Source: the human T2T-CHM13v2.0 reference genome, Homo sapiens. From it: DNA of 64,000 nucleotides. The first letter of the stretch is position 1; the number at the start of each line of letters is the position of its first letter. The stretch is from assembly GCF_009914755.1 (NCBI RefSeq), contig NC_060933.1, one strand, 5' to 3'. The position numbers were made by a program, and so were the translations under genes. Positions 14,054 through 29,662 of the stretch are shown piece after piece. Below the pieces are notes generated by a model that saw only the letters and a program-made list of their open reading frames with translations, had not been told where the DNA came from and made no database searches.

Positions 14054-15419
14054 TTTGCAACACAGAAAACCCAGATGGTCCTGAGGCCTAGCAGATCTCC
14101 TCCAAAACCAAAACAAAACTAGAACATCCAACCAAATTTAGGATGACAGAAGGAACCTGAGTTCCTAAGAACATTTCTGAGTCACTGAATCAAACAACTC
14201 TGAACCACACGCACCTATGAACTCTGGTTGTCTGAGCAAGTCTATTCTATTCTGTTCTGTTCCACATTTTTTGGAACAGAATTTATTTCATAAATTCACA
14301 AATGGATCATGACCTGCAGTTTGAAGAACACAGCTGCAGCTTTCAAATATCCAAAGACATAAAGGAATGAATATATAACTGGGATAGGGCTTGAATCAGC
14401 CCTCCTCAAAAATAAATGCTCTCTAAATTCTCTCACTCCACGTTAAATAATAGTGTGAACATTACGAGATACCGTTTTATGCAATTTTATATAATATTAA
14501 AGGAAAGCTCCTTGCCTACATTTCCAAGTAAAAACTGATGCTTCGAGACGTGTGCTGTTGACCCTATTGATTCTCTTACCCGGGACTCTGCGTCTACCCC
14601 CAGAACACTCCCTTCCTCAGTAGGAAGTACAGGCTGGGGGAACAAAATCCAAGCTCCATGGCAGGCTTGGCACAGTCTTCAGGACAAAGCCCCTCCTTAC
14701 AATGCCCAGGGGGACACTGGACAATGAGAACAGAATCCAGGCTTAAAGCTGTACAGGCTAAAAAAGGCCACTGCAAGGTTTTATATATGCGAGTTACATG
14801 TTAAAATCAGCACCTGGGTAAGCCATTGATAGGAGTAAGACTATGAAATTCAGGCTTTTGGAAATTTAATTTGTTAGGGAAAGATGAGTCAATAATTGGA
14901 GGAAAAAAAGGGATTGGGAAGAAACATTAAAAAAAATAATAAAATAAAAGAGCTAGTAGTGGCCCAGGACTGAGAGGTGAGGTCTAGGCTAGGGCAGAAG
15001 AAACGTGGTGGGAGAGACTGTCCCCTGGCCTTCTGGAACACTAGTGTATAAAAGTAATTGATTCAAATAAAATAGTAGGCAGGAATATTCTGACCATTCC
15101 TGCAGGAGGTGGGGAAGGCCCTCAAACCCAAGTTCAACTGGGAATGAGGGGAAGATCTCCATATGTTTACCCTGAAGAAGAGAAATCTTAATGGGAAGAA
15201 AAATGTTTTAAACTTTTGGATGTCTCTTAGGAGTGGGTCCGATTAGCAGATATTTCTGCTGGATTACTATCAGGAAGATATTCTTATTATAGTTACTTCA
15301 CAGTCAAATGGGTAACTATTGAGGGAATAGGGTCCTCTATCATTAAAGGTGTTCAAAGTTGACACTTATCTGGGTATATGTCACAGAAAAATGTTAGGTT
15401 GGAGTCCCATGAAAGCAGG

Positions 15420-15774
15420 CAGAGAACAAGGACCACATCTATATCCCACAGTTCAGCACAGGTCTCATATGTGGCAGGTATTTAAATGTTGACGGTTAAA
15501 TGAGATATGAAAAGTTGCTTTCCAACTAATTGCTTGATTCTATCAAGTCTTGGGAGGGGACAGGAATGTGAGAGTGCAAAGACACACTTGGAAAAAAAAG
15601 TGCAGCCTATTTTTAGACAGCATATAATTAATATGTGTGTTTGGAAAATATTTTCAAAGTGTTTCAAGACAAAATTTCTGTGAGGCACATTCAATGGCCA
15701 GTTCAACAGTTTCCATCTTATTTTGGCCATCACTAGCTGCTATAACAAATAAGCACTAAATTATCAATGACTTT
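15420..15774 (-). repeat. Right arm of inverted duplication
   Basis: Reverse complement of 13390-13648 plus 13964-14053. Confidence 0.9.
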
Positions 15775-16135
15775 ACACAACAATACTTGGTTCTTGCAGA
15801 TGTAACAGGAAACACGGATGGTTCTGGTGCACAGCTCTCCTCCACCTGAGCATTTAGGAACTCAAGTTCCTTCCACGTTACAGTCCTGGCTTCTCTTAAG
15901 GCCTCAGAGTCATTTGCATCCAGCCAGCAGGCATGAAAAGGGGTTTGAAGACGCGTCAATGTGAAGATTTTATGGATCAAGTTTAAATATGGTGCATATT
16001 TGTTCTGTTCCTATTCCATAGAGAGCTCTGAGTCACATGGCCACATCTCAATGCAGGAAAGATGGGAACTATGGACTTACTGGTATAAAGATGGGCAGAA
16101 TAAGTGTGGTGGACAGCTAGTAGTCTCTTCCACAA
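15720..16135 (-). mobile_element. MLT1 MaLR LTR (old subfamily)
   Basis: CTAGCTGCTATAACAAAT...AGTCACATGGCCACATCTCAATGCAGGAAAGATGGGAA, typical antisense MLT1. Confidence 0.65.
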
Positions 16136-16888
16136 TACCCATATGCACCCTTCTTCATATGTACATATTATATATACACACAATCCTTTCTGGAGAGATA
16201 TACCTCAAAGCTCTATCACAAGTAACCACTGCAAAAATTAAATTTAAGAAAATTCATAGCTCGGTCAAATGGCTGATGATATGCTAATAAGTTTTGCAGT
16301 GAGCCAATGCAACACTGAAAAAAACTGCCGAAGTCACATTCAGGGAGTGTATTATTTTCCAAGCAAGGGCGCTTATGACCTTGGCAGCTGGCATTCTGAA
16401 GCCATTGACTGTGCTCAATGTTTTCAGTTCTTCCTTTGAACATTGAAAGGGATGGTATCTCAACCAGCAGCTTAGATGATACATTCTAGTTTTTCAACAG
16501 TTCATTGTTTAAAAGGTTCTTTAATACCTAGCCAACGTTTCCCTCTTCTTGGCATCAAGCCAGAACATTTTGCTCATGTCTGTCAGTGGGCACAGCCTGC
16601 CATACCAGTAAAAAGAATAACAAGATCAAACATGAAAAAGGAGCAATGCCTGTCTTTGCATACTTGTCTCCTGTCTCCTTTGCATACTTGTTTCTAGCGT
16701 GGAGTGATTGATACATTCTTGCTCTGAGATAACCACCATGATATCTGAGTTACGGTTAGCACTACAATATCCTTCCCTGTTCTCAGGAAGTCTGCTGCAC
16801 ACACTATCACTTACCTGACACACCAAGAGTTGAGTACTGCATCAACTAACTCAAGTCCAGTAAGGCATCGTTTTCTTTACATTACTGA

Positions 16889-17186
<298 letters not shown>

Positions 17187-18331
17187 TCAATGACATTTTT
17201 ATTACTAATTTAATTGTACTTCTTTATGTCCCCTTGCTCTTTGTTTTGAAGTCTTTCTTTTATTTCATCCTGAAGGCCAATACTTTTTTTTTCTTAACAG
17301 CATTGTTCTTCTTTCACTGATCTACTGAATATTTACATTTAAAAATTAGTTTTCTTACTCCATAGTGTCTCATTTTGTGTTATTTTCATCGATCAAGTTG
17401 TGATTTATTTGACTCCTCCAGTCACTTGTACTTGGACTTCACCTTGTTCTTGCTGATTTTCTTTGCTGCTTCTGTTTCCCTTCGATCTCAGGGCTCAGGT
17501 CAGATGGATGGGGGACCTTAAGCAGTAGCAACCTGATGAGTAGTTGGAGGTGCAAGTTCCTGCTGGCAGAGTGTCAGTCTCTGTGTAGCACCAGAAGAAA
17601 GCTTCTCTTTCCCCAGGAATGCTCAGCAGAAAGATCTGCCTTCAACCAGGCTCAGGGGAAGGTAGGAACTTAGCACACTAGGCAGCTTCCCCCATAGTTC
17701 CAACACCTGGGGGGTGCCTAGAGGTCCTCTTAGGACTATGCACAAGGGAGGCACAACATACTGTCTGTGGGCCACAGATCTCTGGGGATGCGGAGGTATA
17801 CTGCCCTCCCCTGGATGTCTAGACTCCTACCCAGTGGTACAAATTTCTGCACCTGCTTGGCCTCCTCTGGCTCCTGGCAGAGTCAATATGGAAGATCATA
17901 CCCTTCCAGTCCTGCCCACATGCAAGCCCAGGAGAGATGGTAAGTGATGGGAAGAGGTAAGACAAGGAGGGCATCTGAGGTGTTTACTCACTGCCATCTT
18001 CCCAGAATCCCCTCTGCTAGATGCAATTTAAGACTCTTAAATTCTTTACCTGATATAATTTTGTTTTTCATTTATCTCTTTAAAAGAGTGGCATTTGGCC
18101 ATAATTCAAATATTTTACCCAGGACTCTTGAGAACCAAGGGATAATTCCTCAGCTGGCTTGAGGATTTGGAAAGAAAAGACCTGTTATTCTCATAACTTG
18201 ACTTTGTTTTGAAAATCCGCAGGGCTCTCAGCTAGCACTGGTATTTCTGCATCTCCACATCTCTGTCCTCACGGAGCTGGTTTTGGAACGTTAATTGCTT
18301 GGCCGGGGCAGTTAGAAAAAATTAGTTCTAA

Positions 18332-18634
18332 GGCTGGGTGTGGTGACTCGTGCCTGTAATCCCAGCACTTTGAGAGGTGGAGGTGGGCAGATTACTTGGG
18401 GTCAGGAATTCAAGACCAGCTTGGCCAACATGGTGAAACCCCATCTCTACTAAAAATACAAAAATTAGCTGGGCATGCTGGGGCGCACTTGTAGTCCCAG
18501 CTACTCAAGAGGCCGAAGCGTGAGAATCACTTGAACCCGGTAGATGGAGGCTTCAGTGGGCCGAGAATGCGCCACTGCACTCCAGCCTGGGAAACAGAGC
18601 GAGACTCCGTCTCAAAAAAAAAAAAAAAAAAAAA
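18332..18634 (+). mobile_element. AluS, full length
   Basis: Alu body and poly-A; AGTTCTAAG on both flanks. Confidence 0.95.
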
Positions 18635-19080
18635 GTTCTAAGAATGTCAGTCTTCATCACATGTAGGAATTTCATAGGGTTCCATAATGGTGCTCTTCCA
18701 CCTTCATTGTGCACTTACAATATGACGGACCTTCTTCTGAGAATTCATTTTCTATAAATAATGCCATCCAATGGTCAACACTAACTTGCTCGTGTAACAG
18801 CAAGTCTAAAGAATAGTAAGAAAAAAGACAATGTGATATTCCGAATGTCCTCGGGTTGGTGGTGAGAGTCAGTGTTACCCCTCCGCACCTCGTTCTTAAC
18901 CGCCCCATCACCTTGCCCCCATTTTCTGCTGGAGCAGAGGTTCTCAGACTCTGGGATTTCAAAGAACCAGGAGAATGTTAACGTTGGCATACTTTGGCAA
19001 TGAACACAGGGCTGCCAACATTTTGATTGCCAGGTGTCTTCACTCAAAAACATCTACAATCCACTCTCAAAAACATTTCA

Positions 19081-19390
<310 letters not shown>

Positions 19391-19789
19391 GTTTCATAAA
19401 ATGAAATATGAGTCCCAAAAAAGTAGGAAGGACAAAATCTTACAACTTTTAAGTGAATAAACATAAACTTTATAGAAATCTCACCAAAACGTGAAAATTC
19501 CACCACCAGTTGGCAACACATCACTGAGAATCATTTGGCAACCCATTGCAGGGCGTCTGCCACCAGAGGTATTTCCCTCCCAAGAGGGTAAGAGTTGCTG
19601 GGAGTAGGTTCACAGCTAGAGCCCAGCCTGCGGGGTATGTTCATGTCCCTTCCGGTTTCAAAGGAATTCAGTCTATCAGGTACAATATCTCTCCCTCAGG
19701 TCTGAACAAGGAATCAGCAGAAGCAGCCACAGGACTATAATGGTGATACAATAATCCCATGGAGGAGTAAACTACAAAAAACCTGATCT

Positions 19790-20110
19790 TTCAGTAGAGG
19801 CTTTACATGCTTAACCTCTGGAGCCAGGCTGCCTGAGTCTGAATTCTAGTTCCACACTTTACTAGCTAAATAATCTTGGACAATTTATCCAAGATTATTT
19901 AGCTAGTAAACTGTGGAGCTAGAACTAGACTGGAATTAGATTAGCTAATGCTAATTAGCTAGAATTAGATTAATATTTCCAAGCTTCAATTTGCTCTGTG
20001 AAATGGGAATAATAATACCTCCAAGAGTAACGAGGATTCCATGAGATAATGCATGTAAAATGCTTAGAAAAAAAGAAGGATATTAAATGCTAGATCTTAC
20101 TACTATTGAG
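19790..20110 (+). mobile_element. MIR, interrupted by a fold-back duplication
   Basis: CTCTGGAGCCAGGCTGCCTGAGTCTGAATTCTAG...CTGTGAAATGGGAATAATAATACCT...GAGATAATGCATGTAAAATGCTTAG. Confidence 0.8.
19844..19924. repeat. Inverted repeat: 37-bp arms (2 mismatches), 7-nt loop
   Basis: TTCTAGTTCCACACTTTACTAGCTAAATAATCTTGGA-caattta-TCCAAGATTATTTAGCTAGTAAACTGTGGAGCTAGAA. Confidence 0.95.
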
Positions 20111-20161
20111 TAACTATTATGTTCCAGGGGTGTGCTAACTGTTAGAAATAAATAAGATGTC

Positions 20162-21335
<1,174 letters not shown>

Positions 21336-21919
21336 TAAGACACAGCCCATCCATAGTGAAATCTAGCAGAGACCCCTCATCCCCTCTCAGGTCATGTGGA
21401 AAATGCTATGATAGAGATGCCAGGTCAATGCAACCTACTGTGGGCACAAGAGGAGGCAATGATCGATCATGCTGGGGACAGAGGATAGAGAAATGGCAGC
21501 CCTGAGAGGTGAGAGGGGACCCTTAAACCTGCCTGAGTAGGTGTGGCCAGGTGGAGGGCTGGAGGGCATTCTTGCTCTGCAATCAGCAGTGGCCAAATCT
21601 GGGGCTGTCTGGCTGTGAAGGAGTGTGGGAGAAAGTTGAAAGCAGATGAAGCAGAAGTTTCCACTCAAGGATGAGATTCAATGAATCTACCAATATCTCC
21701 CTGTTTACTGAACGTTTACTAAGGCCAAGACCTTAGTGGGTCTGATTGATCAATGGATAAATGCCACAGGTCCTGCCTTACCCTCAGACAGAACACAGCA
21801 ACAGGTCAGCCCCCCTGAGCCTCCCCGGCCCCAGGCTGAAGCAGGTCTGAAGACCTTAGCACTGTCCTGAGCCTTTTCCTGCCTCCTTTATAGAAATTAC
21901 CCAAGTATTTAATTTTTTA

Positions 21920-22085
21920 AAAAAGGTGTAATTGTTTTCTTGTTATCTATCTTCCCTTTTGGACTGTGAACTCTGAGTGCAGAGAAGCATCTATTTTGCT
22001 CTTTCTCAGGCCTTCAAAGCCTAACAGTGGCTGCCACAGAGCATAGGTGTTGTGCGAATGTATGAGTGAATGAATGGAGGAATTT
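21920..22085 (+). mobile_element. L2 3' end
   Basis: GACTGTGAACTCTGAG...GCATAGGTG...GAGTGAATGAATGG. Confidence 0.65.
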
Positions 22086-22234
22086 AATGAGAAAGCATGC
22101 TCTCAGATGCCTGGCATTCATTCATTTTTGATATATGTATAGGTAGTTATACCACAGCCAAATAAATAGCCAAATTCACATCAGAAAAGAGGCTCAAGCA
22201 CTTGTACTCTATGTATAGTCTATATAACTTCTAT

Positions 22235-22490
22235 AATAATAATTAACATAAAGTGAATGTTTACTCTGTGCCAGGGACTGCTCTAAGTACTTTATTTATG
22301 TTTATCTCATTTTGTACACAGAGATTTCTTTAAGGTGGTTCCTATTATTATCCTGATTTATAGATGAGGAAATCTGAGGCATAGAGAGTTTCAGGGACTT
22401 TCCTAAGGAACTTGCTGTTAAATTGCTGAACCTAGATTCAGACCCAAGCAACGGAACTCCGGAGACACTTCCCTTCACCATAGCACAGTG
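22235..22490 (-). mobile_element. MIR
   Basis: TTTACTCTGTGCCAGGGACTGCTCTAAG...TATAGATGAGGAAATCTGAGGCATAGAGAG. Confidence 0.8.
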
Positions 22491-23919
22491 ATGCTTCTCT
22501 TCATGAGATTCAATTAAAGTTAAATAAATAAGTAAGAACATAGACAGCAACAGAAGGACTCAGGGAATTGGTGACAAGACAGGACCATTTTCCCCATGGG
22601 AGTTTTTGCTCAATTCTAGCTCAGTCTGTGGTGAATACTTGTGTGTCCACAGCAGCCTACAAGACTAAAATTAGAGCCAGAGAGTGCTTCTGAGTGGAAA
22701 GGAGCGCCTGGGCAAAATAGAGCCCATCAGGCATTCGGCATAGCACATAGGGGATCATTTAGTCAAAGCTGTCTGAGGATCACAATGATTGGGCAGGGGC
22801 TCCCATCCTTCCTCCTGACAGGATGGAGCCTGACAGTCAAGGTCAAGCATCACCTCCGAGGTGAGAGAAGGCACGGGTTAGACACAGCATCGATCTAGGT
22901 CCAGCTCTGTTGTCAACTAAGCACTGGGACATTTAGGGTCACGCCCATCTGTAACAAGAGCTCCGAGCTTCTTCCCAGCAGTGAAATGCTACAGATTATT
23001 TTGGAATTCACATGGAGACCTAACAGTTCCAGGAACAGCAGCTCTAACAGTGCATATGGCAACTTTTCAGGCTGCTTCCAAGCAATGGCCAGATCTACAT
23101 GGCAGGAATTTGCAGTCTTCAAAAACAGTTAAACCAAGCCAAGTCTTGATTGTCATTAGTTGTGTTAGCAACCATATAGCTATGAGAACTAAAAACACCG
23201 ACAACTTGCCTCCAGAGGAGAATTCTCTTATACGTTTTGTTTCTAATAAACAGGGGAAGAGACGTCCTTATCACTGCTGCTTTCAGTGTGAATTTCCTCT
23301 TAACAGTCTTCTGGCAGACATCAGCATCTCTCTGCTTCCCTCAGCATAACTACAGAAACAGCAGGAAGCAGTGATTGCCATTGCATAGGTTTCTGTTTGT
23401 ATATTGGCAGATGTCAAAACATTCTCATAGAAAGGGCTTTCTAAAGTCTCAGCTTAATTCCACAATCCTCTTTGCCCACATCCGTGTAGGACATGATAAA
23501 ACTCAAGTGACCAAACTCGCCATCTTGCTTTTGTTCGTGAAAACAAATCTAAGCAATAAGTATCTGTGTAGGGATTTCCACAATCTCCACCCAAGGGTGA
23601 AGGAAGCTACGGAAGGCAGGAGGCAGGGAGACACTCTTCGGGGTTAGAGGAAAACATGTTTTTCACTTCTCTTCTCCCCGCATCCTCCTGTCTCAAGGCC
23701 CTCCTGCTTGATGTCTACCTGGCTTTGATCCGCTTGGATGCCAACAGTAAGAGTTTAAAATACAATGACAAAAAAAGATGGAACACAAAAGCCCTCAGTG
23801 GAAGCTGCCTGATTCCGTTAAATATAAACAATTTGTCTGGTAGATGATGTTAGGTAAGCTGTGACATTTGTCTTTCTGCTCCTATTCCCTGCTTACCCAC
23901 CCAGCCCCTCCAGCACTAA

Positions 23920-24150
23920 GGCTCCAGTTCTAAAAGCAGACTGGCTTCTAAGAGGACCCTGGCTCCATCAGTTAATATCTGTGTGATTGTAGGAGGTTAG
24001 TTAACCTCTCACTGCCTACATTCCCTACTCTGTAAAATGAGGATAATAAATAGTAACAAGTTACAGATTTGTCGTGGGGATTAAATGGAATAATGGATAC
24101 AAAGGAAATTAGCATGGGAGCATCTAGGAAGCTCCAACGTTAACTACTAG
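23920..24150 (+). mobile_element. MIR
   Basis: TTAACCTCTC...CTGTAAAATGAGGATAATA...GGGATTAAATGGAATAAT. Confidence 0.75.
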
Positions 24151-24349
24151 TAACGTTGTGATTTTTAGTAACCACCCCATCTCTCCATTCAGTGAGAAAG
24201 GATCTATTTACCAGTACTTACAGCAGGGCAGAAGCTCATTAACACTCATTAACAGTGATAGTTCATGTTCAACCTTTCATCTCTAGTTGTGAAGTGAAAG
24301 GCTGTTTCCCCAGGTTCTATTTATTCAACAAGCATTGATTGAAAACTTA

Positions 24350-24455
24350 GTTTGTTGGGTATTATAAGGTATTCCCAGTACACAGAAGGTGCTCAGGAAA
24401 TGTTTGACGGATGAATGAATGAAAGAATGAATGAATGAATGAATGAATGAATGAA
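24350..24455 (+). mobile_element. L2 3' end with expanded (TGAA)n tail
   Basis: CACAGAAGGTGCTCAGGAAATGTTTG followed by about 11 TGAA units. Confidence 0.75.
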
Positions 24456-24934
24456 TCATGACCCTCCCACAGATGCCCCTCCTGGATACAACAGGACATT
24501 GGGGACAGAGAGGCTTGCTCATCCCTACACCCTCACCTCCCTCCAGCCCTGAGTCCTCTCCACTCCAGCCCAGGGCTGCCTGCCTGCAGAGCCACTGGCC
24601 GTAGACCTTCTCCTATTTCCTTGCTTGGCTTCTGACCAAGAAGTTCTGACAAAGAAGCAGTCATTAGAACACATCCTCTTTGTATTACTATGGTCAGGAG
24701 TTATAATGGATGTTCAAAAAGAAGGCATCTCACATGCATATGGAAAGTACCTTCACCCTTTACTCTAATCAAGGGCTTATTCTTATTTTATCCCGTGTAA
24801 CAGAGCCATCTCTCAAACTTTAAGTACTGAGTAAGAAAATATTTTGTACAAGGCTGGCCTGGACCGTGATCAGGATGTGGCATGTGAACTTTGATGGACT
24901 CTGGGAATAGCCTAGCTCTGCCCACACCTCTATC

Positions 24935-25735
24935 TTACAGGGTGGACATATATTGTTTTTTTCCATCAATATCTATTATACCTTGTTTTGGTGTCTTGGT
25001 CTTGCCTCCTCCTCTGGAAGCAGAACTTGGGTGGGGCCCCACCTCCAGTCTCATAAATGCAGCAAGTGTCACACGTCTAGACCATCAAGGCATTCAACCT
25101 ACAAAAGCCACAGGGATGGTGGGGTGAGGGAAGGCACCTGCTCAGAATGAGTCCCAGGACTAGAACTACTGATTCTAGGAGGAAACATTCTCTTTTTACT
25201 TTAAAAAAAAAATGCTTCACTCTATCACCCAGGCTGGAGTGCAGTGATGCTATCTTGGCTCACTGCAACCTCCACCTCCTGAGTTCAAGCTATTCTCATG
25301 CCTGGGCCTCCCGAATAGCTGGTATTACAGGTCTGTGCCACCATGCCCAGCTAATTTTTGTATTTTTAATAGAGACAGGGTTTCGCTATGTTGGCCAGGC
25401 TGGTCTCCAACTCCTGGCCTCAAGTGATCTGCCCGCCTCAGCCTCCCGAAGTGCCGGGATTACAGGCTCTTGTTTTAATATGAACTGGGGAAGAATGACC
25501 TTGAAGCTACTGAAAGGCCACAAGATAGTGTCTGAGAACAAAGCAAATATAGGAAAGAGAAATTTGAGCCACTGGAAAAGATAGCCTTGATTTCGTTGAG
25601 CCCCTGAATCAGCCTGTGCTTGAAGCCAGTTTCCTCTGATTTTTCGGCTCTGTGAGTACATAAATTCCTTTACCCTCTGCTTAAGCCATCAAGGTTGGGT
25701 TTTTATTTACAACCGAAAGAGTCCTATGATACCAA
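24935..25735 (+). mobile_element. MLT1 LTR fragments flanking an Alu
   Basis: Right end CTGTGAGTACATAAATTCC...GCTTAAGCCA...GTTGGGTTTT...ACAACCGAAAGAGTCCTATGATAC. Confidence 0.55.
25213..25467 (-). mobile_element. AluS, truncated at both ends
   Basis: CACTCTATCACCCAGGCTGGAGTGCAGTG...GGGATTACAGGC; no poly-T and no first ~20 nt. Confidence 0.9.
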
Positions 25736-26294
25736 CAGAAATTGTCCCAGTGCCCAAAGTTTCATATTATTTATTCCTTTGCATTAATGTGGAAAAATCA
25801 AGCTACAAGATTGCAAAGGTATTACCAGCCATCAGTTCAGGAGTTCTTGGTAATTTGATAACTATTACTGTAATTTATCTGGTAGTACCACAATCAGGCT
25901 CTAAGCACTCCAAGGATAGAACTCAAAACTGCGTTGAACAATACAGCCAAGTCCACCATGAAGTCCCATAACCCATGCCTTTAAGTGATCCCCTTGTAGT
26001 TCTGTGGGGAGCAATAACTCAGACACTGGAAACTTCTTAAATGTATAGGGCTTGCTCTAGGCTATGAATGGGTAGGATTGTAGAGGCAGAAGAAAGAGGA
26101 AAAATATTTATTTTGTTTGGCAAGCCTTTTGTTTCCAGTGATGTCCAGAGACAGTGTGGACCATAGAAGACCCCAGGATTCTCTTCCTTAGATTCAGTGA
26201 CCTTTACTAGATTGTGTATGCATCACTTTTTCCGTGTCTTTATCCAAAGCCGGCAATTAGGTAGAGTTTTACCAGCCCATGAGCTTGAAATTTT

Positions 26295-26760
26295 TTTATT
26301 CAACCTATCAGTGATATTTATTGAGCACCTATCATGTACTAGATGCTGTCCAAGTTACTGATCACTGGAGTTTCAAAGATGAACGAGCACATTTCCTTCA
26401 CCCAAGGAGATTAGAGTCCAGTGGGTCATGCAGACAACACCCAACGTAACTACATCAGGTACAATGAAGGCTATGACAGAGGTGAGCACACTGTGATGCC
26501 AAGCAATGGCAAGGAAACCTGCCCCAGGCTACTACATGGAAGCTGTGACTCAAGACAAGTGGAAGGTAGTTTTTGAGCAGAAAAATGGGCAAAAGGGGTT
26601 GCCAGAAGAGGAAATGGCACCAGCAAAGGAGCAGTGGTATAAGAAAAGTAAGGGCATTTATTGAACTGAATTCATTTGGTAAACTGGGCCCAGGTATGAG
26701 GGTGGGAAAGCGTGTGAAAAGAAGAAAACACGTCATCATAAAGGGCTCCTTCTGCCAAGG
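26295..26760 (-). mobile_element. L2 fragment
   Basis: TTATTCAAC...ATATTTATTGAGCACCTATCATGTACTAGATGCTG = antisense L2 3' end. Confidence 0.65.
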
Positions 26761-28700
26761 TAAGGACGGTGTTTGAATGGGGAAGTCTCCAGTGGCTCCA
26801 CATTTGAGACAGAATAAAATCTAGAACTCTGGTATCCTTGGAAGGACCAGCAGGACATTATTTTTGCATTGCCACATCCTAGTAGCAAAGAGAACAAAAT
26901 GTGTGATGAATGCAGAATCTGAAGATGGTATTTTTGTTCAAATAAGCTTTATTGTCCCTTATGCCCACTGTCCTGGTACCCTGGGTCCAGGAGACGTGAG
27001 GAGCCACAAATATCCCCATAGGAGTCCCGCACTGCACTCCACCTCCCAGCAGCCATAGGCAGATGAGAATCATTTTTCATCTGCTATGCAGTCATTTTGA
27101 AAGTAACATGATAGTCCCTCTGGGGGATGCACATGAAGCCAAAGTGAAACAGTCTTTTCCTTCTGACTGCGACTGCAGCATTTTCTTTCCCTGGCTCTCC
27201 TTCTTAGCATAAGCGTGGCTGAGTCTTTTGTCTTTTGTTCAAGACACCACACCTCAATCTTAGACTCCACAGTGTTCTTGTTGTTGCTTTGTTTGTTTGT
27301 TTTGATATGCATCTTCTCATAAAATGGGTCAGGTTCAAAAGGTACCGGCTCTTTTCCCACATCAGTGTCTTTCGTGGGTCCAATGTGCCCCAGGTGTGGC
27401 TTCGTCAACATTCCGTTTACACATGATTCTCATTACAGGATCCCCAAGGGCTGTGAAAACATTTTCTTGAGCCTCTCCCAAACAGCCACAACTAGGAATT
27501 GGCAAACACCAATTGAAATGCACCATTTTAAATGTATTATGGGCAGTCAGTCCCCCACCCTGACGTGTACTCAACTCCACACATCCTCATTGCCTGCCTG
27601 TCCGGGACCCCAGGTCACCTCTTAGCTCCTCATGTTCCTCGAGCCCCCGGTATCCCCTTGGCCAGGCCCCAGATGTTTGGATTGCAGGCACAGGAGCGCC
27701 AGTAGCAGAAGGGACCATGCCAACGGGAGGACCCATCAGGCCTCCAAGGCCACATCATCATTCCATTCGCCGGCTCTTGCGTCAACTTACATGACTTCTA
27801 TGTGGTTATTTAGCCTTTTAAAAATACTTTTCACCCTTTCCTGTGCCCTTTTAAGGTAGACGCAGTTTCGTAAGAGGCTAACACATAAGGGTAAATTAAA
27901 GTAAGTCTCCATAAAACCCAGAGAAGAGACAGAAGAGACTGTGAAACTCCTCTTTGGACCCCATCTGGAGCCACAGCAAAAAAAAAAAAAAAAAAAAAAT
28001 AGTTTTACTTGCTAATCCTTTAGCTAAAAGCAATTCATAGAAGAGAATTGACAAGCTCACTAAGGGAGAGAGAAGTAGCTTGTACAAAGACTGTGCCTCA
28101 GTTTCCCCATTTGTAAAATTAAGGATTAGACGTGATAATCCCTCAGCTACCTCCATCAGTGAAATATGATGATTTACTGAATACGGGCCATTTTTTAAAT
28201 GAAATAAAATTGTGAATTTAAATTTATTAGTAATAACATTCTGTTTTTTTATGAAGTAGATAATGACAAACCAAAATATCTCATTTGTTATCAACAAAAA
28301 TAAATCACCTTTAGAGTGGGGATGAAGGGCAAAAACTTTAGTCATGTATAGTACATGGAATAGGGATCAAGGTGATGTATATTTGGGGGAACCATTTTAA
28401 AGAATCGAGCATGAAAAGTATTCTTACAAAAGGCAAATGCGGGCTACCTGATATAGTCACCTCCTTTTCTGATTCCAGAGGTCTGAAAGCAGCCTCAGCA
28501 GCAAGCCACAGCAGACGCGAAATGGGGAAGAGCAATGGCATCGCTGGTGATCAAAGGCCTGGCCGAGCTACCCCAGGCTCCATACCATCTCCGGAGATGC
28601 CTGGCTTGGGGAAGGTCCTTGGTAAGAGAAGCAGTTCTCAGCCTCTTTCTCCGGTCAAGCTCCTCTACAGAAACAGAAAGGAGAATAAAACAGGGGCTCA

Positions 28701-29141
<441 letters not shown>

Positions 29142-29662
29142 TCAAGCTAATCAGTATATCTATCACCTCAAATACTTATGTATTTTTTTTTAGTGGCGAG
29201 AACATTCTTAGCAATTTTCAGGTATACAATGCATTATTATTAACTATAGTCACCATGTTGTATAATAGATCTCTAGAGCTTATTCCTGTTAACTGAAATT
29301 TTGTACCCTGTAACCAACATCTCCCCATTCTCCACACACAACTGTCAGCCCTGAGTAACCACAATTCTTCTTTCTGCTTCTATGTATCTAATTTGTTTAG
29401 ATTTCACATAAGTAAGATCATGTGGTATTTTTCTTTCTGTGCCTGGCTTATTTCACTTAGCACAATGTCCTCCAGGTTCATCCATGTTGTTGCAAATGAC
29501 AGTATTTCCTTCTTTTTGTGGGTGAATCATATTTGATTGTGTATATTTATCATATTTTCTTTATCCAACCATCCATTGGAGTATGCTTAGGTTGGTTCCT
29601 ACAGTGAATAACACTGCAATGAACATAGGAGTGCAGGTATCTCTTTTAAATCCTGATTTCAT

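Noticed and set aside
16809-16817. Perfect minus-strand donor CAG|GTAAGT
   Set aside because: No plausible acceptor upstream on that strand; isolated consensus donors occur by chance.
17492-17945. Possible plus-strand exon ending ATG|GTAAGT
   Set aside because: The acceptor is ambiguous (17492 or 17617) within T-rich, probably old L1-derived DNA, and the exon would be unusually long.
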